Shown: positions 10,712 to 18,571 of the stretch, one piece after another
How the letters are laid out: each line of letters begins with the position of its first letter
Numbering within the stretch: the first letter of the stretch is position 1
Virus record (IMG/VR): IMGVR_UViG_3300022602_000076
Coordinates: 7,721 to 71,720 of that record
Strand: one strand, 5' to 3'
Length of the DNA: 64,000 bases
DNA from: a virus
Program-made: the position numbers and the translations under genes
Notes under the pieces: model-generated
Seen by the model: the letters and a program-made list of their open reading frames with translations, nothing else
Database searches by the model: none
What the model was told of the DNA's origin: nothing

Positions 10712-10884
10712 CTTGTTCTCCTTTTAATTGGATTGATAAAAAGGGGCAGATGTATGATTGTGATCTATTGCTAACATGTAAATTAGCAGATTTGTTTTTC
10801 TGCCCCCACAAATACTTAGTTTTGACTTTGTTAATGGACCAATATACTGGGTATTTCGGCCCATTTTTGTCGTTAACTACATAC

Positions 10885-11373
10885 TTAATCAATTTTTGGT
10901 GGGGGCATGGCTTTGAGCTTTTCCCACATGTCGGCTTTTTCTTTGATCTGCTTTTCCAAGGCACGATATTGATCACCCAGCTCTCTAAGCTCGTCCCAAT
11001 CAGCTTCAAGTTTGGTGTTTGGGTGCAGGATGTTCAGTCGAGATTCAATGTTGGCCAGCATGTCCATCAAGCTGACTTCATTGACAATGATATCAGCATC
11101 TTTGCCGTTTAGCACTATTTTGGCACTAGGTTCTATAGTAGACCATCCAGCACTGGCACTGTTGCTGACTATATAAGGACTCTGGCTGATGCCAGAAGTG
11201 ATACCACTGGCCATTGTGGTGCTCCAATTGTAGTTGCCAAAAGTACCTGTGCTGATTGATAAGTCAGGAGTACCGCAACTCAAACTGATTGTGTCCACAG
11301 TGTCTGAGCCGCTGTCAGCGAAACTGATTCCCAGTCTATCTGCTAGTTCTTTGACTCCGTTTGAATCTGACAT
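10885..11373 (-). CDS. Hypothetical protein
   Basis: 162-aa ORF with C-terminal coiled coil. Confidence 0.65.
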   Translation of the reverse strand: MSDSNGVKELADRLGISFADSGSDTVDTISLSCGTPDLSISTGTFGNYNWSTTMASGITSGISQSPYIVSNSASAGWSTIEPSAKIVLNGKDADIIVNEVSLMDMLANIESRLNILHPNTKLEADWDELRELGDQYRALEKQIKEKADMWEKLKAMPPPKID

Positions 11374-11375
11374 GT

Positions 11376-11564
11376 TTACTTGGCAGTACTCAAAGCTTCT
11401 TTTTCAGCGGTAATTTCTTTGCGACGCTCTTTGATGCCTTTGCTCATTTCTTGCAGAGCTTTTCTAGCACGGGCAGCGGCAGCTTTGACACCTTTGTCTG
11501 TGAACTTTGCATTTTCAGCAAGGTAAGTTTCATAAGCGGCTACGATTTGTTCATGTTGTGTCAT
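11376..11564 (-). CDS. Histone H1-like Hc1 family protein
   Basis: KFTDKGVKAAAARARKALQEMSKGIKERRKEI; AAGGA RBS. Confidence 0.8.
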   Translation of the reverse strand: MTQHEQIVAAYETYLAENAKFTDKGVKAAAARARKALQEMSKGIKERRKEITAEKEALSTAK

Positions 11565-11589
11565 TTGTGTTTCCTTTAAATGTATAGTA

Positions 11590-11617
11590 ATTATACGGCA
11601 TTTTGCACACTTGTCAA
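11590..11617 (-). promoter_or_regulatory. sigma70-type promoter
   Basis: TTGACA-N16-TATAAT. Confidence 0.7.
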
Positions 11618-11624
11618 ATTTTGT

Positions 11625-11867
11625 TTAACCAGAGATGTGCCGGCGGTTCCATGTGTCCCATATGGTAACATCGTCCCAATCGTGTTTCCATGTGACCATG
11701 AACAAGTTCAAAGTATTGTGATCAAATAGATGCATGCGACCATCATCTATTCGTGCCTTGGCACTTTTGTTATTGTTTATCCATGCCGAAAAAAGATTTT
11801 TTGCTTGTGGTGATCGTAAGATTATTATAAACATAGCTTCGCCATGCTTATTGTTTGGTTGTGCCAT
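11625..11867 (-). CDS. Hypothetical protein
   Basis: 80-aa ORF in tight gene packing. Confidence 0.65.
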   Translation of the reverse strand: MAQPNNKHGEAMFIIILRSPQAKNLFSAWINNNKSAKARIDDGRMHLFDHNTLNLFMVTWKHDWDDVTIWDTWNRRHISG

Positions 11868-11868
11868 A

Positions 11869-12114
11869 TTAATGTAATTGTTGGTTCACTGGACTTAGTT
11901 TTGCAAACTCAGTGACTCTTTCAACATACTTAGCAAATTCTGCATCTACAATGACTTCTTCGTTGTCATGCTCTTCTGCAGTTTCGTTTGGTACGCCTAG
12001 AATACGCATAAGTCCACCCATGTGAATCTTGGTAATGCCCTCACGATACAAGACCAACATCAAGTGCATGGTAGCCAATCGAATAAGTTCTTCTTGTGTT
12101 TCGTCGTCGAGCAT
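11869..12114 (-). CDS. Hypothetical protein (start revised to MLDDETQ)
   Basis: ATG 5 nt after TAATTA; the longer start lies in a terminator. Confidence 0.65.
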   Translation of the reverse strand: MLDDETQEELIRLATMHLMLVLYREGITKIHMGGLMRILGVPNETAEEHDNEEVIVDAEFAKYVERVTEFAKLSPVNQQLH

Positions 12115-12144
12115 GTTATTAATTATGATAAATTTTAAAGTCGT

Positions 12145-12169
12145 AAAAAATGGCACCGAAGTGCCATTT
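12145..12169 (-). terminator. Intrinsic terminator
   Basis: AAATGGCAC-TTCG-GTGCCATTTTTT. Confidence 0.85.
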
Positions 12170-12186
12170 GTGCGTGCAAAGTAAAA

Positions 12187-12540
12187 TTAAGCTTCTACTG
12201 CTGTGTCTACTGTGGTAGATTTTGCAGGAGCTTTGGTTGTTTTCACACTTGAAGCACTGACCTTCAACTCACCTTTCTTAGCAAGTTTGGCCTTTTCTGC
12301 TAATTTATTGGCCACTGCATAACCAGCATCACCTTCTGTGATACCTTGAGTCTGCAAATATTGAAGAGCTTCCAACTTAGTCATTGCATGTGGAAGTTCA
12401 ATCAAGTTAATATCTGTGCAACCTGCTTTGTTCAAAATCTTATGACGAGCTACTAAGTCGTTGGCGAAACGAGCCTTAGTTGTGCCATCAGGATTAGTTG
12501 CGGTGCCTGCTACGGAGAAGAGTTTTTCAGTTGTTGACAT
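12187..12540 (-). CDS. Hypothetical Ala/Lys-rich protein
   Basis: Own promoter and terminator; start MSTTEK. Confidence 0.75.
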   Translation of the reverse strand: MSTTEKLFSVAGTATNPDGTTKARFANDLVARHKILNKAGCTDINLIELPHAMTKLEALQYLQTQGITEGDAGYAVANKLAEKAKLAKKGELKVSASSVKTTKAPAKSTTVDTAVEA

Positions 12541-12610
12541 AGTGTTGCCTTTCAATGTTGCCTGTAAAGTTTAAGTTTAAAATCAATGCTAGTTTTGCTA
12601 ACATATCTAA

Positions 12611-12639
12611 ATTATAACATAAAGTGGTTTTGTGGTCAA
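12611..12639 (-). promoter_or_regulatory. sigma70-type promoter
   Basis: TTGACC-N17-TATAAT with extended TG. Confidence 0.8.
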
Positions 12640-12677
12640 TCATTTTATGTTATTTAGATTCTTCAATTTGCCCAAAA

Positions 12678-12806
12678 TCACTGTGCTAGTGTTTGGGCTT
12701 GTGTTTTGACCGTTTCGACCCCATGGTCCATGATCCGAGCCACGCCCGAAAAACCCACGGTTGCCACAATCAATCCCAGTATAAAACCAATTAAGAGTTT
12801 GCTCAT
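12678..12806 (-). CDS. Small membrane protein, 42 aa (not in ORF track)
   Basis: MSKLLIGFILGLIVATVGFSG...; GAGG RBS. Confidence 0.65.
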   Translation of the reverse strand: MSKLLIGFILGLIVATVGFSGVARIMDHGVETVKTQAQTLAQ

Positions 12807-12937
12807 GATAATACCTCTTCTAAAATCACATCATTGTAACCTTGTGCAATCCATTCTTTGTAGACCGCTTTGGCTTGATTTAAATTGTTGCCTTCATAAT
12901 CGGCTACACCACCTACCCAAACAATAAATTCACTCAT
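12803..12937 (-). CDS. Small hypothetical protein, 44 aa (not in ORF track)
   Basis: MSEFIVWVGGVADY...; ATGA overlaps at both ends. Confidence 0.65.
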   Translation of the reverse strand: MSEFIVWVGGVADYEGNNLNQAKAVYKEWIAQGYNDVILEEVLS

Positions 12938-13647
12938 AGTGTTCCTTTGTGTATGACTGTCACCCTGTTGAGTTGAGTGGTAGCATTGTCACGGTGAGCT
13001 TTGACAGTGCCACGGATTTTCACGCCAGGTCCTAGATCTATAGGAGCACGATAGCTGAAAAACACACTGCGGTTTTCAGTGTCTACCGCGGTTATGAACC
13101 AGACATTATAGTTCAAATTGTATGAAGTTCTCAATACTTCAATTTCCAAGTTAACCTTGGCGCCAACCGTGCTGACATGTTCGTTGACAGTTTGACGCAG
13201 TCTTGAGTCTGTTTCTGCTCGGGCCTGGCCACGAGCCTGGCTGGCAGGCAAGCATGGTACCACCGCCAGTGCTAACTTGTCAATGTTGGAATCAAAGTTT
13301 TCTGTGACGGCCAGGACCTTTTGCACACTCAAATCAAAATCGCTGAGTCGACCTCGGAGTGCTTTGAAAGTAACATCGCCACGCACCCAGTCTAAACATT
13401 CTTGTCCGGCCTGGATGTCACCAGCATCCAATCGATCAGGATTGGCCAGTAATTCTGCAAACACCTCACGATTTGTTCGATACTTCAATACAGGAGGCTC
13501 CGCTTGAGTATCCCACTCAGGGGCTTTGATATAACGATTGCCATTGATACGATGAGCAGCTACTGCCGCGGCCCAAACAACTGCAACAGAATATTGGATG
13601 CCGGGTACAACTCGACGAGCGGATTTTGACATGGTGTAATACTGCAT
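12934..13647 (-). CDS. Hypothetical early protein with possible C-terminal OB fold
   Basis: C-terminal VKIRGTVKAH...TQLNRV; AGGAG RBS within a repeated promoter cassette. Confidence 0.7.
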   Translation of the reverse strand: MQYYTMSKSARRVVPGIQYSVAVVWAAAVAAHRINGNRYIKAPEWDTQAEPPVLKYRTNREVFAELLANPDRLDAGDIQAGQECLDWVRGDVTFKALRGRLSDFDLSVQKVLAVTENFDSNIDKLALAVVPCLPASQARGQARAETDSRLRQTVNEHVSTVGAKVNLEIEVLRTSYNLNYNVWFITAVDTENRSVFFSYRAPIDLGPGVKIRGTVKAHRDNATTQLNRVTVIHKGTL

Positions 13648-13650
13648 TTA

Positions 13651-13706
13651 TTGCTCCTGTTTTCTTACTATGCTGTTATTATAGCAAAACGGTGATTTTT
13701 GGTCAA
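13651..13706 (-). repeat. 56-bp promoter+RBS cassette, copy 1
   Basis: Identical to 13927..13982; contains TTGACC-N17-TATAAT and AGGAG. Confidence 0.95.
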
Positions 13707-13722
13707 TCTTTTTGTGTTGTTT

Positions 13723-13923
13723 TTACACAACATCAGGAGATCTGCGGGGACTTTGTTCCCAAACTGCATCATGCTCTGCTTGGGCACGAGCGACCATGGC
13801 ACGAAACTCTGCTTGAAACGCAGGGCTGAAAGATTCAACCATTCTGACATGTTCCATATCAGCGACGGCTCCGCTCATTGCTGAAACTCTGTCTCTCCAT
13901 TGTTCTGTTTCAAAACTGGCCAT
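13723..13923 (-). CDS. Small early protein flanked by the 56-bp direct repeats
   Basis: MASFETEQWRDRV...; AGGAG RBS. Confidence 0.7.
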   Translation of the reverse strand: MASFETEQWRDRVSAMSGAVADMEHVRMVESFSPAFQAEFRAMVARAQAEHDAVWEQSPRRSPDVV

Positions 13924-13926
13924 TTT

Positions 13927-13982
13927 TTGCTCCTGTTTTCTTACTATGCTGTTATTATAGCAAAACGGTGATTTTTGGTCAA
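13927..13982 (-). repeat. 56-bp promoter+RBS cassette, copy 2
   Basis: Identical to 13651..13706. Confidence 0.95.
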
Positions 13983-14206
13983 CCAAACGCTTTAAATAAC
14001 CCTACAACACATATGGCTATTCCCACTGCATTGGTAACCATCTGTGGCTTATTTGCAACACGCAGGCTCCACACCATGTACAGTGCGCCACCGCAGAACC
14101 CTGCTAGAATGTTCCAAGGATAAAGATTCAAGCTCATAAGCGTATACATGGCCATAAAACAGGCTGTTCCGGACCACTGTAAAATTTCGTTAGTATCTAA
14201 TTTCAT
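13979..14206 (-). CDS. Small membrane protein (leaderless start)
   Basis: Three hydrophobic helices; ATG 6 nt after TATAAT. Confidence 0.7.
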   Translation of the reverse strand: MKLDTNEILQWSGTACFMAMYTLMSLNLYPWNILAGFCGGALYMVWSLRVANKPQMVTNAVGIAICVVGLFKAFG

Positions 14207-14212
14207 AAACTA

Positions 14213-14241
14213 ATTATAGCAAAATGGGTGTTTTTGGTCAA
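14213..14241 (-). promoter_or_regulatory. sigma70-type early promoter
   Basis: TTGACCAAAAACACCCATTTTGCTATAAT. Confidence 0.85.
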
Positions 14242-14292
14242 CCAAAAAGTGTTGTTTTTTCGCCACACATTTGTGTTACAGTAAATATCAGT

Positions 14293-15375
14293 ATGATCTT
14301 AAACTGCCCAGTTCACTACTACGGATTCGCTGATTATGCGTTATCTGACTGGAATATACAGCTAGCTGACCCTGTTAAAAATTGCAAATTTAAAATGGCC
14401 GCCATACCAGTTTTGTTGCAAGGAAACAAAGTGGACTTTTTCCTGGATCCATCATGCATGCCCAGTGATGCACCACCTGATCGTCAAACGCCCTACATAG
14501 ATCTCAGTGAATTTGATTTTGTAGTTCTCAGCGACAATGAATACGCATCTGCTGACGATATTAGAAAAGCAGTGGCCAGACACAAAATCAAAAAGTATGT
14601 GGTGTCATTGGGTGCCTTGTGGCACAACGAAACTGTGGATGAATCTTGCATGGTGCATCGTCCTTGGTGGCCATTTTTGACTGTGAACACCAACACCTAT
14701 CAAGACACCAGTGGCACCAACAAACCTTACATGTTTGATGTACTGTTAGGCAGTCGTCGCTGGCACAGAGATTTTGTCATGAAAGAATTCATACAATCCA
14801 ATCTAATAGATCAAAATGTCATTACCTATAGAAATCTGCTGAAGGTACAAGATGTTGCTGAATACAATCGAACCAACAATCAAAACTTTCCTGAAGTCGA
14901 AATTCCCTATCCCTGGGTTAATACAAATTATGATTCAGCCTGGGATCGACCCCTGTCCACAAACATATCCTGGGACCTGTATCGCCACACCAATTATACC
15001 ATAGTCACCGAAACCTTGTTTGAAGGTCCAACGGTTTTTGTCACAGAAAAAGTTGCCAAGCCCATTGTGGCTGAACGATTGTTTATTGTTTTTTCTGTGG
15101 ACAGATATCTACAAAGATTACACGAAATGGGATTTCAAACATTTGATTCTGTGATTGACGAAAGTTATGACCTAGAACCAAATCTATCCAAACGCCTGGG
15201 TATGGCCATGGACCAAGTCAGATATCTGCACACTCAAGATCCTGACAAGATCAAAGAAAAAATACTGCCGATTGTAAAACACAATCATCTGAGACTGATA
15301 GAATTACAGCAACAGACACACCAAAGAATGGAAGATCTGTTGCGGCAACACATACCTGCTGAGTTTATTGCCTAA
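14293..15375 (+). CDS. Glycosyltransferase-like protein (GT-B/GT10-like C-terminus)
   Basis: IVTET...FVTEKVAKPI...LHEMGFQTF..IDESYD; ATG 5 nt after TAAATA. Confidence 0.6.
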   Translation: MILNCPVHYYGFADYALSDWNIQLADPVKNCKFKMAAIPVLLQGNKVDFFLDPSCMPSDAPPDRQTPYIDLSEFDFVVLSDNEYASADDIRKAVARHKIKKYVVSLGALWHNETVDESCMVHRPWWPFLTVNTNTYQDTSGTNKPYMFDVLLGSRRWHRDFVMKEFIQSNLIDQNVITYRNLLKVQDVAEYNRTNNQNFPEVEIPYPWVNTNYDSAWDRPLSTNISWDLYRHTNYTIVTETLFEGPTVFVTEKVAKPIVAERLFIVFSVDRYLQRLHEMGFQTFDSVIDESYDLEPNLSKRLGMAMDQVRYLHTQDPDKIKEKILPIVKHNHLRLIELQQQTHQRMEDLLRQHIPAEFIA

Positions 15376-15378
15376 GAT

Positions 15379-15600
15379 TTATTTGGCTTTGTAGGCCCGG
15401 TAGAAGTGCGGCTCATAGTCTGCATAGGAGCAGTAGGCCCATTCAACCTTGCGATCTCTCCACCAAAGATCTTTGTGCTCACCTCGTAGTATATCTATCA
15501 TCATGGCCTTGTTGTTTCGTGTGACCTGAGCTTTGGCCGAGGCTTCGCGCTCATACACTGTGACACACTGACCAGATTTGACACGATATACTACGAACAT
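15379..15600 (-). CDS. Hypothetical protein
   Basis: 73-aa ORF in early operon. Confidence 0.65.
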   Translation of the reverse strand: MFVVYRVKSGQCVTVYEREASAKAQVTRNNKAMMIDILRGEHKDLWWRDRKVEWAYCSYADYEPHFYRAYKAK

Positions 15601-15601
15601 T

Positions 15602-15796
15602 TTATTTCTTCAATGAAACAGAAGTTTTAAAAACACCACCTAGTACTATGACCGCAAACCAGGTTTCAAGTGTGTAAGGAATTGCCAATGTTGGGAAAAG
15701 AGCATTCAGGGCCCAGATAGTTGCCAAGGGTCCCGCAACGGCCAAGGCTATTACTGCCAACACTGCAACAACGATTCCTATTTCTTTTGCGTTCAT
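15602..15796 (-). CDS. Small membrane protein
   Basis: Two hydrophobic segments. Confidence 0.65.
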   Translation of the reverse strand: MNAKEIGIVVAVLAVIALAVAGPLATIWALNALFPTLAIPYTLETWFAVIVLGGVFKTSVSLKK

Positions 15797-16068
15797 TATA
15801 CAGTCTCCAACATATTAGCAGGCACCTTGTACAAGGAATTGCCAGTGCCGACTGTGACAAATTTGATAGCAATCTTTTTAACTGTGCCGGTGTAAGTCAC
15901 GCCATTGCGATTGCTGGTGAACTTGACATTGTCGCCAATTCTGAGTGAACGACGAGTCTGTTGCGTGAGTTGAGCTCGAGCAAATTTTACTGCTGCAATC
16001 ACAGATTCCAACTGCTCATTGTTGAGTCCGCCGAACATGATTGCATTGTTGATTTCTTTTACATCCAT
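15796..16068 (-). CDS. Hypothetical protein with SH3-like C-terminus
   Basis: LRIGDNVKF...GTVKKIAIKFVTV; GAGG RBS. Confidence 0.7.
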   Translation of the reverse strand: MDVKEINNAIMFGGLNNEQLESVIAAVKFARAQLTQQTRRSLRIGDNVKFTSNRNGVTYTGTVKKIAIKFVTVGTGNSLYKVPANMLETV

Positions 16069-16247
16069 TATGCCACCTCTTTGGTTTTTTGCTCTAGAAG
16101 TTGTTCCAAAAACGAAATACGAATCTCGTCTGAAATGCCGCTGCTTTGTAGACTGTTGTACAAGTCTAGCTCTTCTTGAATTTCTTCAACAGTACAAGAT
16201 TCATACTTGTCTAAAAAATCCACAAACAATGATTTCATCTGTCCCAT
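16068..16247 (-). CDS. Small acidic protein, 59 aa (not in ORF track)
   Basis: MGQMKSLFVDFLDKYE...; TAAGGA RBS. Confidence 0.65.
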   Translation of the reverse strand: MGQMKSLFVDFLDKYESCTVEEIQEELDLYNSLQSSGISDEIRISFLEQLLEQKTKEVA

Positions 16248-16257
16248 AATATTTTCC

Positions 16258-16410
16258 TTAGGTGTTTATAATCATTTCTGTTACTTCATAAGTGTCAAAA
16301 CAGTATGACAACTTAGTATTAAAAAACTCCACTGCCGTATCTTCTGTCAGAAACTCACGGTCAATGAGTTCCCATTCATTGCTATCGTTTAGCACCTGTA
16401 ATACAAACAT
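16258..16410 (-). CDS. Small acidic protein, 50 aa (not in ORF track)
   Basis: MFVLQVLNDSNEWELIDREF...; TAAGGAG RBS. Confidence 0.65.
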   Translation of the reverse strand: MFVLQVLNDSNEWELIDREFLTEDTAVEFFNTKLSYCFDTYEVTEMIINT

Positions 16411-16424
16411 ATTTTCTCCTTAGA

Positions 16425-16604
16425 TTATTCTGTTATGTGTTCATTAACAAACTGCATTAATTCTTCATATGTTGCTTCATATGCATTTACAATGCTAGAA
16501 TCTAAGTTATCCATTTCGTTACCAATGTAATGTACAGCTTCCGACAGTGTCATTCCACTGTCTCTTACAAAATTTGCAAATACTACTAAATGATGCTTAC
16601 TCAT
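16425..16604 (-). CDS. Small acidic protein, 59 aa (not in ORF track)
   Basis: MSKHHLVVFANFVRDSG...; TAAGGAG RBS. Confidence 0.65.
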   Translation of the reverse strand: MSKHHLVVFANFVRDSGMTLSEAVHYIGNEMDNLDSSIVNAYEATYEELMQFVNEHITE

Positions 16605-16613
16605 ATACTCTCC

Positions 16614-16880
16614 TTAAACTGTTTCTGATTGGTTGCGTTTCTCGTCCATCATTTCAAACAAGATGAACTTGGCAATGTTTAAATTGCAACGGATCAACTC
16701 GTCAGTAAACGGTGATCCAATTTCAGGATTCTTCATTGCAATCATTTCTTGGCAGTCTGACATAATGCCAGCAACAACCATTTCAAGACCGGAACATTTT
16801 GCAGTGATTGAATTCATGTATTGATCACGAATTTGTTGCTCGGTCATTCCGTACATTTTAACTTCGTTTGCGTTTGACAT
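16614..16880 (-). CDS. Hypothetical early protein
   Basis: Start MSNANEV after AAGGAG in a promoter cassette. Confidence 0.7.
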   Translation of the reverse strand: MSNANEVKMYGMTEQQIRDQYMNSITAKCSGLEMVVAGIMSDCQEMIAMKNPEIGSPFTDELIRCNLNIAKFILFEMMDEKRNQSETV

Positions 16881-16910
16881 TTTCTGCTCCTTTTTGTTTA
16901 ATATGCTATT

Positions 16911-16939
16911 ATTATAACCGTTCTTGTATTTTTGGTCAA
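16911..16939 (-). promoter_or_regulatory. sigma70-type early promoter (diverged copy of the 56-bp cassette)
   Basis: TTGACC-N17-TATAAT followed by AATAGCATA...AAGGAGCA. Confidence 0.85.
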
Positions 16940-16944
16940 CCATT

Positions 16945-17259
16945 TTAGTGACTGTTGAGTGTGGGTTTTTGACTGTTGATCAATTCGCGCTCTATGGCAT
17001 GTGCGGGCTTTCTGCCACGCACAATGTCAACTAAAAGTACTACAAAAGCTTCTGCACCATGTTCTCTAATACTGTTGCACAAAGCCCACGCTTTGTTCTC
17101 AGTAAGTGCACGACGCACATGCTTCTGAAAGCGAACTTTTAGTGCTTTATTGACTTGACTTCCACATACAGTAATGCCAATATATGACTCGTTTGTGTTA
17201 GTATTCACTAACATATACACTGCATGTTTGGTATCTTGACGGCGTTTTCTTGTTTTCAT
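16945..17259 (-). CDS. GIY-YIG domain protein (leaderless start)
   Basis: AVYMLVNTNTNESYIGIT...RFQKH...AHAIERELI..PTLN. Confidence 0.8.
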   Translation of the reverse strand: MKTRKRRQDTKHAVYMLVNTNTNESYIGITVCGSQVNKALKVRFQKHVRRALTENKAWALCNSIREHGAEAFVVLLVDIVRGRKPAHAIERELINSQKPTLNSH

Positions 17260-17265
17260 GTTATT

Positions 17266-17294
17266 ATTATAGCAAATCGGGCATTTTGGGTCAA
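17266..17294 (-). promoter_or_regulatory. sigma70-type early promoter
   Basis: TTGACCCAAAATGCCCGATTTGCTATAAT. Confidence 0.85.
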
Positions 17295-17320
17295 CCAAAA
17301 AAGTGTGGTATTTTTGCCAC

Positions 17321-17349
17321 AAAAAAACCCTGCAAAATACAGGGTTTTT
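17321..17349. terminator. Intrinsic terminator (bidirectional form)
   Basis: AAAAAAACCCTG-CAAAATA-CAGGGTTTTT. Confidence 0.8.
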
Positions 17350-17370
17350 AGTGTTGTTTTTAGCAACAAA

Positions 17371-17622
17371 TTAGCTCAACCCTTTGCCGCCACCGCCTGA
17401 AGTTTGTTTTTGAACATCTACCATGTTGCCTTGCACATCGGCATAGTCTAAAAACACATCTGGTACATTGAGATCATCAGGGATAGTAATTGGATTTCCA
17501 CCGTTGTCATTGATGTAACCTGCCCAGCCCAACTGGGTCATAATCCAGTGTACTTTTTTTTCTAAATCTCTTAATGCTGTGCCTTCTTCGATTCTGGGAT
17601 CGTGGCTTAAAAAGTTATCCAT
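17371..17622 (-). CDS. Hypothetical late protein
   Basis: AGGAG RBS; TAAATA upstream. Confidence 0.7.
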   Translation of the reverse strand: MDNFLSHDPRIEEGTALRDLEKKVHWIMTQLGWAGYINDNGGNPITIPDDLNVPDVFLDYADVQGNMVDVQKQTSGGGGKGLS

Positions 17623-17649
17623 TGCTATCTCCTGTGATGCAATATTTAG

Positions 17650-17784
17650 TTAGATTACTTCGTACTCATCTTTGCCACATCCACATTCAGGGCACAAAAA
17701 GTCTTCGGCTAGATCTTCCCATACGCCTTCGGCGGCTTCATCGTGGACATGTCCACATACTACGCATACATGTTCTGGTTTCAT
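17650..17784 (-). CDS. Rubredoxin, 44 aa (not in ORF track)
   Basis: MKPEHVCVVCGHVHDE...WEDLAEDFLCPECGCGKDEY: two CxxC motifs; TAATG-coupled to rubrerythrin. Confidence 0.9.
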   Translation of the reverse strand: MKPEHVCVVCGHVHDEAAEGVWEDLAEDFLCPECGCGKDEYEVI

Positions 17785-18233
17785 TATAGTGCCTCCAATT
17801 TAGATTGATATGCTTCGGCATGACGCTTTTCAATCTTGGTCAGTGCCGCAAAACGCTTTTCTGCTTTCTCCAACATTTCAATAAACTCACGAGCATGTTC
17901 TTTACTCTCGGTGATTTGTTCTTCGGCTTCTTTTGCCGCTTCAATGTTACCTTCACTCTCAGCAATTGCTTGAAACTCTGGATACATTGTAGTAAACTCA
18001 TATGTCTCACCTTCAATTGCTTTGTGTAAACATTCTGCAACAGTTGGTTTGCCGATCAACAATTCCAGATGCCCCCAAGCATGCAATAGCTCTTGGTCAG
18101 CGGTATGTTCAAAATGTTTTGCAATATCTTCGTGTCCAGCTTCTCTGGCAATTTTCGCAAAATAACGATATTTGGTGTGAGCCTGTGACTCACCAGCAAA
18201 TGCCGCTTCTAGATTTTTAATAGTAATTGACAT
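17784..18233 (-). CDS. rbr: Rubrerythrin (short form)
   Basis: NLEAAFAGESQA, QELLHA, GETYEFTTMYP, ESKEH diiron motifs. Confidence 0.92.
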   Translation of the reverse strand: MSITIKNLEAAFAGESQAHTKYRYFAKIAREAGHEDIAKHFEHTADQELLHAWGHLELLIGKPTVAECLHKAIEGETYEFTTMYPEFQAIAESEGNIEAAKEAEEQITESKEHAREFIEMLEKAEKRFAALTKIEKRHAEAYQSKLEAL

Positions 18234-18253
18234 TGTTTCTCCTTTAAAACTGT

Positions 18254-18282
18254 ATTATAATAGTAATTATCTGAGAAATCAA
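18254..18282 (-). promoter_or_regulatory. sigma70-type promoter of rbr
   Basis: TTGATT-N17-TATAAT. Confidence 0.75.
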
Positions 18283-18290
18283 CGAGTTTC

Positions 18291-18339
18291 ATAGTATTTT
18301 CACTAATATATTTTTATGGCGACAATAGAAATTTTCTAT
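18291..18339 (-). promoter_or_regulatory. OxyR-like binding site upstream of the rbr promoter
   Basis: Minus strand ATAG-N7-CTAT-N7-ATAA-N7-TTAG, plus a further CTAT. Confidence 0.6.
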
Positions 18340-18341
18340 AA

Positions 18342-18376
18342 CAAAAAGCCTACACTTGTTAGGCATAGGCTTTTTT
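18342..18376. terminator. Intrinsic terminator
   Basis: AAAAAGCCTA...TAGGCTTTTTT. Confidence 0.65.
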
Positions 18377-18571
18377 GTAGGCTTCCATTGCTTTTAATCT
18401 GGCTATGAGTAATCTAATTTTTACATAATCAGAAAGCTCTTGTTCCTTTTCATGTACAATCTTTCCATACTCTACAACCCGACGATTTCGTCCTAGAACC
18501 AAATCGTCGTCGATTACAATACTGTGAGGATTACTTGGCCGCGGGCGCCTTAGCCTCGACTTTCTTTTCAC
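18359..18571 (-). CDS. Hypothetical protein overlapping the upstream gene; start uncertain
   Basis: Protein-like C-terminus LSDYVKIRLLIARLKAM; GTG start inside upstream gene. Confidence 0.45.
   Translation of the reverse strand: MKRKSRLRRPRPSNPHSIVIDDDLVLGRNRRVVEYGKIVHEKEQELSDYVKIRLLIARLKAMEAYKKAYA

Noticed and set aside
16945-17259. GIY-YIG as an intron-encoded homing endonuclease
   Set aside because: Short free-standing domain with its own promoter; no interrupted gene or intron structure flanks it
13651-17370. Repeats as a CRISPR array
   Set aside because: Spacing is irregular and gene-sized, the repeats are promoters, and no cas genes are present
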